Assembly (NCBI GenBank): GCA_050949345.1 | Contig: JBMNFN010000001.1 | Location: forward strand, 1,083,000 to 1,146,999 | DNA from: Anaerolineae bacterium | GTDB taxonomy: Bacteria; Chloroflexota; Anaerolineae; UBA1429 | Direction of reading: 5' to 3' | Length of the DNA stretch: 64,000 nucleotides | Shown here: positions 37,947-46,843 of the stretch, in pieces | Numbering within the stretch: the stretch's first letter is position 1 | How the letters are laid out: every line of letters begins with the position of its first letter | Notes under the pieces: model-generated | Told to the model about the DNA's origin: nothing | The model's database searches: none | The model's input: only the letters and a program-made list of their open reading frames with translations | Program-made: the position numbers and the translations under genes

Positions 37947-38927
37947 ATGCGCATCGGCATCGTTCTGCCGGACATCACCGAGGGCTATCTGAAGGTGGCG
38001 CGCCAGATAGGCTGCACCGACATCGTGACCACGCTCAAGGGTGAGGCCGGCAAGCTTCCAGTGTGGGGCTATCGCGAGCTCATCACGCAGCGCAGCCGCA
38101 TCGAAAATGCCGGACTCAAGTGGACCGTGGTGGAAAGCCAGCAACCCCCGGATGTGATCAAGCTGGGTCTTCCCGGTCGCGACGAGGCGATCGATCTGTG
38201 GTGCCAGTCGCTGCGCAACATCGGCGCGGCTGGAATCCCCATCATGTGTTACAACTGGATGCCCGTGCTCTCCTGGTTGCGCACGTCATTCACCACGCGC
38301 GTGCGTGGAGATGCGCTGGCTACCAGCTATGACCACTCTCTGATGAAGAATGCGCCGCTCACCTGGGCGGGCACGGTGTCAGAGGAGCGCCTGTGGGAGT
38401 CGCTGGAGTACTTTTTAAAGGCCGCAGTGCCCGTTGCCGAAGAGGCCGGTGTGCAGCTGGCGATCCATCCTGACGATCCGCCGCTCTCCCCCATCGCTGG
38501 GATCAGCCGAATCCTTACAAACCCCGACGCTTTTCAGCGCGTGATCGACCTGTTGCCCAGTCCCAACAATGGCATCACCTTTTGTCAGGGCTGTTTTGCC
38601 GAGATGGGAGCCGACCTCGAGGCAGAGATCGCCCGTTTTGCCGGCCAAAAGAAGCTCTTTTTCGCCCATTTTCGCAATTTGCGGGGCACAGCGGAACACT
38701 TTACCGAGATGTTCCACGACGACGGCGACACGGATATGTACCGCGCGATGCAGGCCTACTATCGTGCCGGATTTGAGGGACCCATCCGACCGGACCATGT
38801 GCCGGCGCTGGAGGGAGAGCCCAACGACCGGCCCGGTTACAGTCTGTGGGGCCGCTTTTTCGCCGTGGGATATATGAGAGGCCTTATGGAAGCCGTGGAA
38901 AAAGGTGGCTTTCAGAGCGGCCGATAG
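37947..38927 (+). CDS. uxuA: mannonate dehydratase (UxuA family, short form)
   Basis: AGLKWTVVES, CYNWMPVLSW.RT, VPVAEEAGVQLAIHPDDPP, DMYRAM and RPDH match E. coli UxuA blocks. AAGGAGG SD 5 nt before the ATG at 37947. Confidence 0.85.
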   Translation: MRIGIVLPDITEGYLKVARQIGCTDIVTTLKGEAGKLPVWGYRELITQRSRIENAGLKWTVVESQQPPDVIKLGLPGRDEAIDLWCQSLRNIGAAGIPIMCYNWMPVLSWLRTSFTTRVRGDALATSYDHSLMKNAPLTWAGTVSEERLWESLEYFLKAAVPVAEEAGVQLAIHPDDPPLSPIAGISRILTNPDAFQRVIDLLPSPNNGITFCQGCFAEMGADLEAEIARFAGQKKLFFAHFRNLRGTAEHFTEMFHDDGDTDMYRAMQAYYRAGFEGPIRPDHVPALEGEPNDRPGYSLWGRFFAVGYMRGLMEAVEKGGFQSGR

Positions 38928-38951
38928 CCCTGCAGAACGGCAACAGGGCCG

Positions 38952-39926
38952 TTACCTGACGGGGCCAAGCACTGCCAGTGAACCATACAAGGCTGGTGAC
39001 TGGGCCTCAACCAAGGCAAGCACAGCCTGCCAACTCAGATGATCTCCAAACCCGCCGCGGCTGATGGTGTTGAGCGCCCCAGCCGCGGCGCCTGCTACCA
39101 GTGCCTGCTGCAAGGTGGCGCCTCGCAGCCAGGCAGCGAGGAATCCGGCGTCAAAGGTGTCTCCCGCGCCGGTACCATCCACTGTCTTGACCTGAAAAGC
39201 AGGCGTAATGACGCGCTCGTTGCCCTGTGCCCCGGTGGCCCCCCGGCTCCCGCGTTTGAGTGCCACCACCGGCACCCGCGTACACATTTCGATCAGGGCC
39301 TCGTCCACCTCATCGTGGCCCGTCAAGGCGCACAGTTCCGCCTCGTTGGGCATGAGCAGGTCCACCTCAGAAATCAGATCCGCCACGTCCCAACGCTCGG
39401 CAGGGTCCCAGTTGGTGTCCAGTGACACGGTCACTCCTTGCCGGTGCGCCTGGGCAATCATGTCGGGCATGGCGGGCCGCAGTCCCGAGAGGAGAAAGGG
39501 GCTCACCAGATGCAGATGCCGCACAGAGCTGTACCAGGCTGGATCGATCACCCTGCTGGTGATAGCGGTGATGGAGCCCAGATCGGTCAGCATGGCACGA
39601 TCTCCATCCGGGGTGAGCAGGTGCACCGTCACGCCAGTGGACACTTTCGGATCCACCACCACATGACGCACGTCCACTCCGGCCTCGCGCATCACATCCA
39701 GCAACATGTGCCCAAACAGGTCATCGCCGACGACGCTGGCATAGAGCACATTGAGGCCCAGACGTGAGGCAGCGGCGGCAAAGATACCGGCCGAGCCACC
39801 ACCGGTGACCACTACCTGGTCTACGATCTTTTCAAACTGCCCAAAGACCGGAACTGCATCCGCCCCGACCAGGATGTCCGCGTTCAGCTCGCCGACAACA
39901 AGCAGATCGTACGGCCGATCAGACAT
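38952..39926 (-). CDS. PfkB-family carbohydrate kinase
   Basis: DLLVVGELNADI start, TGGGSAGI and the C-terminal DGTGAGDTF anion-hole motif. The start overlaps the SIS gene stop by 8 nt. Confidence 0.85.
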   Translation of the reverse strand: MSDRPYDLLVVGELNADILVGADAVPVFGQFEKIVDQVVVTGGGSAGIFAAAASRLGLNVLYASVVGDDLFGHMLLDVMREAGVDVRHVVVDPKVSTGVTVHLLTPDGDRAMLTDLGSITAITSRVIDPAWYSSVRHLHLVSPFLLSGLRPAMPDMIAQAHRQGVTVSLDTNWDPAERWDVADLISEVDLLMPNEAELCALTGHDEVDEALIEMCTRVPVVALKRGSRGATGAQGNERVITPAFQVKTVDGTGAGDTFDAGFLAAWLRGATLQQALVAGAAAGALNTISRGGFGDHLSWQAVLALVEAQSPALYGSLAVLGPVR

Positions 39927-40995
39927 CGGAGGCCATCCCCGTACCCGAGAGGCGTATGGCCATCACAACGTTGCGGGGGCGGTCCGGATCCAACCCGCGG
40001 CCCATGCTGCGGTGGTAGGCCAACAGCTGCACCAAGGGCAGAAAGAGCACAGGCCGGGCGTCCTCTGGCAGCGTGGGTCCCACCACAAGGCAATCATCGG
40101 CCACCCCCTGCAGACCCGCATCGTTGGAGGCGACAGCCAGAACCCGAGCCCCCCGGCTCTTGAGGTCACGCAGCACCGCCACTTCATAATCCCGCATGCG
40201 GTCCGAGAGCAGACCCACGATCAGATGGGCCTGATCGACCAGTGACATGGGCCCGTGTCGAAACTCCATAAAGTGATAGCCTTCGGCGATGGAGAGTGAC
40301 ATCTCCTTCATTTTTACCGTCGCCTCGTTGGACAGGCCGTACAGGGCGCCCGAGCCAAGATAGGTGATGCGTTGAATGGTTTCGTCCGGCCCGTAGCGGG
40401 TAGCGAGAGCCTGGGCGTCCTGGATGGTCTGCCGGGCAAGGCCGGGCAGAGCCTGCAGGGCATGCAAGAGGGCGAGGTTGCCCGCCGCCAAAGCCCCCAG
40501 GGCCTGCACGCCCACCAGCATGCCTGCAAAGGAACGCGTCTGCGCGAAACTCTGCTCCCGCCCCTCGGGAATAGCCACCATGACGTCCGAGATACGGGCC
40601 AGCCCGGTATCTTCATAGCAGCTGATGGTCAGCAGGGGAGAGCCCTGGCTGGCCATCGTCTCGGCCGCCATGATCGTCTCGCTGGTGTCACCACTGCGCG
40701 ACAGGGCTACGATGGCGGGGCGTTCGCCGGGAGTAAGCCATGCCTCGGGCTGCAGCAACAGTTCCGAGGATGGCAAGCCTCGGCAACGCCAACCGGTGAT
40801 CTCTTGGAACCATGCAGCGGCGAACTGGGCCAGATAGTGCGTGGAACCGCAACCGATAAAGATCAACCCACGACGCTCGGCCTGGCTCAACCATGGACGC
40901 AGAGTCGCCTCCCGGGCGGCGACCGCCGTCAGAGCTCCCTGCCATGAAGCGCCCTGGGTCGTAATCTCTTGCCATGAAAAAGCACCACGGGCCAT
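39919..40995 (-). CDS. double-SIS-domain sugar isomerase/deaminase (AgaS/FrlB/GlmS-isomerase-like)
   Basis: SWQEITTQGASW start, IGCGSTHY, ALSRSGDTSET, LGSGALYG and MEFRHGP motifs parallel AgaS. AAGGAG SD before the ATG at 40995. Confidence 0.8.
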   Translation of the reverse strand: MARGAFSWQEITTQGASWQGALTAVAAREATLRPWLSQAERRGLIFIGCGSTHYLAQFAAAWFQEITGWRCRGLPSSELLLQPEAWLTPGERPAIVALSRSGDTSETIMAAETMASQGSPLLTISCYEDTGLARISDVMVAIPEGREQSFAQTRSFAGMLVGVQALGALAAGNLALLHALQALPGLARQTIQDAQALATRYGPDETIQRITYLGSGALYGLSNEATVKMKEMSLSIAEGYHFMEFRHGPMSLVDQAHLIVGLLSDRMRDYEVAVLRDLKSRGARVLAVASNDAGLQGVADDCLVVGPTLPEDARPVLFLPLVQLLAYHRSMGRGLDPDRPRNVVMAIRLSGTGMASDV

Positions 40996-41246
40996 GCCAC
41001 TCTCCTTTCCGGTACACCTCCCTGGGCAGAGGCACCGAGCGCTGCAATGTTGAACCAGCTCGAGCTGACCGCCGCATTCAGGACGGCACCACGGTATCCC
41101 GATGCGTGCGACTCGGCGAACAGTCTCATCCGCTGGAACCAAGCAAACAGGTCACGAGAACTGCCGGCATTCGAGCCGAACCTCGGCACGCTGCGAACCG
41201 CGATGCCCAAGGCCCTCATGCCCGTGCCTCCGGCCAAGCGCCTAGA

Positions 41247-42311
41247 CTATAGAATGCCCCTTTGTTCCAGCCAGGCACGATAGATCTCTTCGAACAGACG
41301 GACATCCGTTCGCGTATCCTGCGCAGGCGAACGGAATGGCTCCCCCGAGGCCACGCTGGAAACAAAGTGGTCCATCTCCCGTCGGTACGCCCACGACCAG
41401 GCATCTTGAGGAATGGCCCGGGTGGTCGTCTGTTGCCCGCCGGCGCGATAGATCTCGACCTCTGCTGGCACCTGGCGCAGCAGCAACGGCGGGGCCCAGG
41501 TGTGCAGCCAGCCATCCTGAAAGTACACCTGGGTGTGCTCATCCCAGCGATAATGAGACAGCCGACCGGTCTCGAGCACGGCCCGCACGCCGGCCATGTC
41601 AAACACCACCACTCCCGTGTAGCCATCGGCGTTGAGGTCGACGGCCTTGATGGTGACCTCATCACCGGCATCGAGCAGCCAGCGCAACAGGTTGATGTTG
41701 TGGGTGTACTGCTGAAGATAGCCGATATAGGCGGAGAGGTATTCCGCGGGCAGCCACGCCGGTCCGACCACTGGCGCAACCGGCATGGGTTCCTCCGAAG
41801 TATCCATGGGCGTGTCCAGACCGGCGGTCCAGTTGCCACAAAAACCATGGTTGCGCGCCAGAGTCAGCGGCCCCTGTTCACCGCTCGAGCGCCAGGCATC
41901 GAGGGTTGCCTTGACCAGCTCGTTCCCGGCATCATAGCGCTTCATGTAACCGACCATCAACCGGCGGCCAGAGGCCCGCTCCGCCTCCAAAATAGCGTCT
42001 GCCTGCTCCAGCGAGATGGCCATGGGTTTTTCCATAAAGACATCTTTGCCGGCCAGCAGTGCGTCGCGGGCGATCTGCCCCTGCACGCCAAAGGCCGCCG
42101 ATACGGCGATGGCGTCCAGGTCAGGGTCTGCCAACATGCTTGTGTGGTCAGCATAGAGCCGCTCGATGCCAAAGCGCGCCTGTACCTTGCGACCGAGGTC
42201 CTGCCGCAGCTCGGCCAATGCCAGGACGCGGCAATCAGGGATGGCCGTCAGGTTCGGCAAGTGCACCTTTTGGGCCATAAAGCCACAACCAACATACCCC
42301 ACATTGATCAT
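41247..42311 (-). CDS. Gfo/Idh/MocA-family NAD(P) oxidoreductase
   Basis: MINVGYVGCGFMAQKVHLPN Rossmann start and EKPMA motif. The ORF-track 5' extension to 42545 runs through the tRNA gene and is rejected. Confidence 0.85.
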   Translation of the reverse strand: MINVGYVGCGFMAQKVHLPNLTAIPDCRVLALAELRQDLGRKVQARFGIERLYADHTSMLADPDLDAIAVSAAFGVQGQIARDALLAGKDVFMEKPMAISLEQADAILEAERASGRRLMVGYMKRYDAGNELVKATLDAWRSSGEQGPLTLARNHGFCGNWTAGLDTPMDTSEEPMPVAPVVGPAWLPAEYLSAYIGYLQQYTHNINLLRWLLDAGDEVTIKAVDLNADGYTGVVVFDMAGVRAVLETGRLSHYRWDEHTQVYFQDGWLHTWAPPLLLRQVPAEVEIYRAGGQQTTTRAIPQDAWSWAYRREMDHFVSSVASGEPFRSPAQDTRTDVRLFEEIYRAWLEQRGIL

Positions 42312-42425
42312 CGCGCCGTCGCCTCCACTGGTGTCGCGCCCGAATCGAGGTGTGCCCAAACCGCAGCCAGACAAGCCAATCGGCCGAAATCCCCCATCCC
42401 GGCCGGAGAGTTGGAGATCGGCCCA

Positions 42426-42508
42426 TGGGGCGGGAGGGGATCGAACCCTCACGGCCTTGCGGCCAGCGGATTTTAAGTCCGCAGCGTCTGCCTTTCCGCC
42501 ACCGCCCC
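42426..42508 (-). tRNA. tRNA-Leu (anticodon UAA), class II, 83 nt, no encoded CCA
   Basis: Hand-folded. Acceptor GGGGCGG/CCGCCCC + discriminator A; 3-bp D stem; anticodon stem GCGGA/TCCGC with loop CTTAAAA; long variable arm GGCC-gcaa-GGCC; T arm GAGGG-TTCGATC-CCCTC. Confidence 0.9.
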
Positions 42509-42609
42509 CAGGCTGGAGCATAGGCGTGGGCGCTCTCGCTGTCAATGGCTGGCGCGCTTGCCAGTGCCCGTTGCCAGGCTAGAATGCCTGCACAGCCTGT
42601 GTGGAGTGG

Positions 42610-43734
42610 ATGATGCGCATCCTGATGCTCTCCAAAGCACTGGTGGTAGGCACCTATCGCAGCAAGCTAGCCGCGATGGCCATCGCACCAGATGTCGATC
42701 TGACGGTTGTGGTGCCCCCCTACTGGCGCGAGGGCGCCCAACGGCTGGGCCTGGAACCCGGTGAAACGCCCGGCTACCGCCTGCTGGTGAGCCCCATGGT
42801 CTTGAACGGATCGTATCACTTGCACTTTTATCCCTGGTTCGGCCGCCTGGTCAGGCGCCTGCGACCGGACCTGGTGCATGTGGATGAAGAGCCGTATAAC
42901 CTGGCAACCAGCCTTGCGTTGCGCAGTGCGCAAAGGAATGGCGCACGCACGCTCTTTTTTACCTGGCAGAACCTCCATCGCCGCTATCCGATCCCTTTTT
43001 CATGGATGGAACAGTATGCCTATCGCACCAGCGACGGCGCCATCGCCGGCAACCACGCGGCCGCCGATGTGCTGCGTGCCAAGGGATTCCAGCGTCCCAT
43101 CGCGGTGATTCCCCAGTTTGGTGTGGACCCGGACATCTTTCGACCCAGTGACCGCCCTGCGGTCAGCGAAGGTCCCTATACCATTGGATTCGCGGGCCGC
43201 CTTATCGAGGACAAGGGACTGCTGGTTCTGCTCCAGGCGCTGCGCGGCCTGCCCGGCGACTGGCGACTGTGCCTGTACGGCGACGGCCCTCTCCTCCCAA
43301 CCCTGCGTACCCAGGCGCAACAGGATGGTCTGTCGGAGCGTCTGGAGTGGCACCCGCGCGTCCCTTCCAGCGACATGCCCGCCATTCTGGCCGGGCTGGA
43401 CGTGCTGGTGCTCCCGTCCCTTACGCGGCCCAATTGGATGGAGCAATTCGGCCGCGTACTGATAGAGGCGATGGCCTGCGGTACGCCGGTCATCGGTTCC
43501 GACTCGGGCGAAATTCCCCATGTGATCGGCGAGGGGGGCCTGGTGGTACCGGAGGGGGATGCCAGCGCCCTGAGCAACGCGCTCCGGCGCTTGCAAGAGG
43601 ACGCAGCGTTGCGACGAAATCTTGTCGAGCGCGGCCGACGCCGCGTGCTGGAGCACTATACCCAGGCGCGCATCGCCGACGAGACCATCGCTTTTTATCG
43701 CGCCACCCTCGGCGAGGCGTCGCCCATACGTTGA
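42610..43734 (+). CDS. glycosyltransferase family 4 (GT-B)
   Basis: MRILMLSK start typical of GT4. The C-terminal EQFGRVLIEAMACGTPVIGSDSGEIP block contains the E(x7)E motif. Start could be 42610 or 42613. Confidence 0.85.
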   Translation: MMRILMLSKALVVGTYRSKLAAMAIAPDVDLTVVVPPYWREGAQRLGLEPGETPGYRLLVSPMVLNGSYHLHFYPWFGRLVRRLRPDLVHVDEEPYNLATSLALRSAQRNGARTLFFTWQNLHRRYPIPFSWMEQYAYRTSDGAIAGNHAAADVLRAKGFQRPIAVIPQFGVDPDIFRPSDRPAVSEGPYTIGFAGRLIEDKGLLVLLQALRGLPGDWRLCLYGDGPLLPTLRTQAQQDGLSERLEWHPRVPSSDMPAILAGLDVLVLPSLTRPNWMEQFGRVLIEAMACGTPVIGSDSGEIPHVIGEGGLVVPEGDASALSNALRRLQEDAALRRNLVERGRRRVLEHYTQARIADETIAFYRATLGEASPIR

Positions 43735-43803
43735 CGTCACCTCTCCGCCAGCAATATAATCCTCAAGAGAGCGCCACGAGCAGTACAAGGGAGGTGCAGT
43801 CCA

Positions 43804-45669
43804 GTGAATACCAGGCGACTGACCATGGCACAGGCGGTGATTGCCTTCTTGGAGAAGCAGTTCGTCGCCCGTGACGGCCACGAACAGCCATTCTTTGCGG
43901 GCTGCTGGGGCATCTTTGGACATGGTAACGTTGCAGGGCTGGGACAAGCCTTGGAACAGAGTGCCGGCACCTTTCGCTACTATCAGACACGCAATGAGCA
44001 GGCGCAGGTGCATGCCGCCGTAGCCTATGCTAAATTCAAGAATCGTCTGCAGACCTTTGCCTGCGCGTCGTCCATCGGGCCAGGGGCCACCAACATGCTC
44101 ACCGGTGCGGCCACCGCCACGGTGAACCGCATTCCTGTGCTGCTGCTCCCAGGAGATTTGTTCGCTCAGCGACTTCAGGCGCCGGTGCTGCAGCAAATCG
44201 AGTGGGAGCACTCCCAGGACCTGTCGGCTAACGATTGCTTCAAGCCGGTGTCACGCTACTGGGATCGGATCTACCGTCCTGAACAGCTCATCACCGCCTT
44301 GCCCGAAGCCATGCGCGTATTGACCAGTCCCACCGACACGGGCGCGGTGACGCTCGCCCTCCCCCAGGACGTACAGGCCATGGCCTGTGATTATCCCGAG
44401 GAGCTCTTTGCGCCACGCACCTGGGTCATCCCTCGGAATCGCCCTGACAGTGCTCTGCTGCAACAGGCTGCAGAGTGGATACGGCGGTCGCGACGCCCGC
44501 TGATCATCGCCGGTGGAGGGGTGCAGTACTCGGAGGCGACGCAGGCGCTGCGCACATTTATGGAGCAGACGGGGATCCCAGCGGGAGAAACTCAGGCGGC
44601 CAAGGGATCTCTGCCCTATGATTTTTCCCTCAATCTCGGTGCGTTGGGCGTCAGCGGAACCGAGGGGGCCAACCGCATGGCTCGGGATGCCGACCTGATT
44701 ATTGGGATAGGCACACGCTACACCGACTTTACTACCTCTTCCAAGACGGCCTTCCAGAATCCGGGCGTGCGCTTTATCAACATCAATGTGGCCGAATTCG
44801 ACGCTTACAAACACGCCGCGCTCCCGCTGGTAGGGGATGCGCGGGTGACCCTGGAAGAACTGCTGCTGCACCTGCAGGGCTATCGCGCCCCTGAAGGCCA
44901 TAGCGCCCTGGCCACCAGGCTGAACCAGGAGTGGGATCGCGAGGTGGAGCGTATTTACAACCTGGAGCATGGCAGTCCCATCAGCCAGGGAGAGGTAATC
45001 GGCGTGGTGAACACCGTCACCAGGCCGGAGGATGTGGTGCTGTGCGCGGCGGGCAGCCTGCCGGGTGATCTGCACAAGCTGTGGCGCACGCGCGACACCA
45101 AAGGCTATCACCTGGAGTATGGATACTCGACCATGGGTTACGAGATCGCCGGTGGCATGGGCGTCAAACTGGCGGACCCCTCACGCGAGGTGTATGTGAT
45201 GCTGGGCGATGGCTCGTACCTGATGATGAACAGCGAAATCGCCACCATGGTGCAAGAGCGGCTCAAGGTCACCATCGTTCTGCTGGACAACCACGGCTTT
45301 GCCAGCATCGGAGGGCTCTCGGCCAGCGTGGGCAGCGGCGGCTTTGGGACCGAGTACCGCTATCGCGAGGGCGCCGCAGGGCTGCATGGTGAGGTCTTGC
45401 CCATCGACTATGCTGCCAATGCCGCCAGCCTCGGTGCGTACGTCATCCGCGCCACCACCCGTGACGACCTGGTTGCCGCGCTGGAGCAAGCGCGGAGCAT
45501 CGAGGGCCGACCAGTGTGCATCGTGATCGAGACCGATCGCGAGGAACGCGTAGGAGGCTATGAGAGCTGGTGGGACGTGCCGGTAGCAGAAGTATCTACC
45601 AGCGAGAATGTTCAACGCGCTCGAGAGGGGTATGAGCAGGCCCGTCGCCTGCAACGCCACTATCTGTAG
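43804..45669 (+). CDS. iolD: 3D-(3,5/4)-trihydroxycyclohexane-1,2-dione acylhydrolase (ThDP-dependent, IolD)
   Basis: Long collinear similarity to B. subtilis IolD as I recall it: LT.AQA.I.FL..Q....DG.E.PF....GIFGHGNV.G.GQALEQ, KPVSRYWDRI.RPEQL, HLEYGYS.MGYE, SWW.V.VAEVS. Confidence 0.9.
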   Translation: MNTRRLTMAQAVIAFLEKQFVARDGHEQPFFAGCWGIFGHGNVAGLGQALEQSAGTFRYYQTRNEQAQVHAAVAYAKFKNRLQTFACASSIGPGATNMLTGAATATVNRIPVLLLPGDLFAQRLQAPVLQQIEWEHSQDLSANDCFKPVSRYWDRIYRPEQLITALPEAMRVLTSPTDTGAVTLALPQDVQAMACDYPEELFAPRTWVIPRNRPDSALLQQAAEWIRRSRRPLIIAGGGVQYSEATQALRTFMEQTGIPAGETQAAKGSLPYDFSLNLGALGVSGTEGANRMARDADLIIGIGTRYTDFTTSSKTAFQNPGVRFININVAEFDAYKHAALPLVGDARVTLEELLLHLQGYRAPEGHSALATRLNQEWDREVERIYNLEHGSPISQGEVIGVVNTVTRPEDVVLCAAGSLPGDLHKLWRTRDTKGYHLEYGYSTMGYEIAGGMGVKLADPSREVYVMLGDGSYLMMNSEIATMVQERLKVTIVLLDNHGFASIGGLSASVGSGGFGTEYRYREGAAGLHGEVLPIDYAANAASLGAYVIRATTRDDLVAALEQARSIEGRPVCIVIETDREERVGGYESWWDVPVAEVSTSENVQRAREGYEQARRLQRHYL

Positions 45670-45690
45670 CCGCGAAAAGGAACTGTTGTC

Positions 45691-46593
45691 ATGTCCCTGA
45701 TGCTGGCCAATGCCCCCTGTTCCTGGGGAGTGCTAGAGTTTGGGTTGGAGGGTGAGGTGTCACCCTGGCCGCGGGTGCTGGACGAGATGGCAGAGGCCGG
45801 TTATGTCGGCACCGAGCTTGGAGACTGGGGGTTCCTGCCCAGCGACCCCGTGCGCCTCAATGAGGAACTGTCGAGACGAGGCCTGTCCCTGGTGGGCGGA
45901 TTTGTCCCTGTGGCACTGTCCCAGCCCTCGGCACGCGAGTGCGGGCTGGCCACGGCTCTGCGTACCGCTTGGCTGCTGGCATCGGTGGGAGGACCGGACG
46001 CCCTGCTGGTGCTGGCGGACGATAACGGCACCGTGGCGACACGCACCCGTAACGCCGGCCGTATCCGCCCCGGCATGAGTCTCACAGAGCCTGAATGGGA
46101 CATCTTTGCCGCCCAGGCTATGGAGATCGCTCGCCAGGTGCGTGACAGAGTCGGTATTCGCACGGTGTTCCACCACCACTGCGGTGGCTATGTGGAGACC
46201 GGCTGGGAGATTGACACCCTTTTGACGAGAACCGACCCCACCCTGCTCGGCCTGTGCCTCGACACGGGGCACGCACTGTATGGCGGGTCCGATCCCCTTG
46301 AGCTGCTGCGGCTGTATGGTGATCGCATCTGGCACGTGCACTTGAAAGATATGAGCCCGACGGTCGCCGCCAAGGCGCAGAAACAGGGTTGGGACTATTT
46401 CCAGGCGGTGGCACAAGGAGTATTTCCCGAGCTGGGTACGGGAGCCGCGGATCTGCCCGCCTTGCTCGCAGAGTTGCGGGCCCGCGCCTACACGGGTTGG
46501 CTTGTGGTTGAGCAGGATGTTTTGCCCTCCATGGGCTCGCCATTGGCAAGCGCCCGACGTAACCGGGCCTATCTGCAGGGTCTCGGGCTGTGA
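45691..46593 (+). CDS. iolE: xylose-isomerase-like TIM-barrel protein, IolE (inosose dehydratase)-like
   Basis: SWGV start region, FHHHCGGYVET, TDPTLLGLCLDTGH, HVHLKD and GWLVVEQD parallel IolE blocks. Lies 21 nt downstream of iolD. Confidence 0.7.
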   Translation: MSLMLANAPCSWGVLEFGLEGEVSPWPRVLDEMAEAGYVGTELGDWGFLPSDPVRLNEELSRRGLSLVGGFVPVALSQPSARECGLATALRTAWLLASVGGPDALLVLADDNGTVATRTRNAGRIRPGMSLTEPEWDIFAAQAMEIARQVRDRVGIRTVFHHHCGGYVETGWEIDTLLTRTDPTLLGLCLDTGHALYGGSDPLELLRLYGDRIWHVHLKDMSPTVAAKAQKQGWDYFQAVAQGVFPELGTGAADLPALLAELRARAYTGWLVVEQDVLPSMGSPLASARRNRAYLQGLGL

Positions 46594-46805
46594 TGGGGTT
46601 AAACCATCAGAGCGTTGCGCCTCTCGGGGCGATGTGGATGTTGGTCAGGCGCGCGTCCCTGTGGGCGTATCGCCCCATCATGATGCCGCGCGAATGCTGT
46701 TCTGCAGTTGAGGCTCTGAGACGGTCCAGCGACGCTTGCGACGGACTGGGATTGCCTGGTTGGCCGGGCATGGCCCGGGACTCAAGTGCCATGGGCGTAC
46801 GGCAA

Positions 46806-46833
46806 TTGGCGGTGCCCGTGGTGCGGATATAAT
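46806..46833 (+). promoter_or_regulatory. sigma70-like promoter only ~10 nt upstream of the GT4 ATG (near-leaderless mRNA?)
   Basis: -35 TTGGCG (46806..46811), 16-nt spacer, -10 TATAAT (46828..46833). The ATG is at 46844. Confidence 0.35.
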
Positions 46834-46843
46834 CTCTAGTGAG

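Noticed and set aside
41247-42545. 432-aa version of the Gfo/Idh/MocA ORF, and the 404-aa antisense ORF at 41262..42476
   Set aside because: The 5' extension reads through the tRNA-Leu gene, and the Rossmann motif begins right at the internal ATG (42311). The plus-strand ORF is the typical GC-rich antisense shadow.
42312-42609. Genomic island or integrative element anchored at tRNA-Leu
   Set aside because: No integrase, excisionase, transposase or visible duplicated tRNA 3' segment occurs in the window. The flanking genes are ordinary metabolism and glycan genes.
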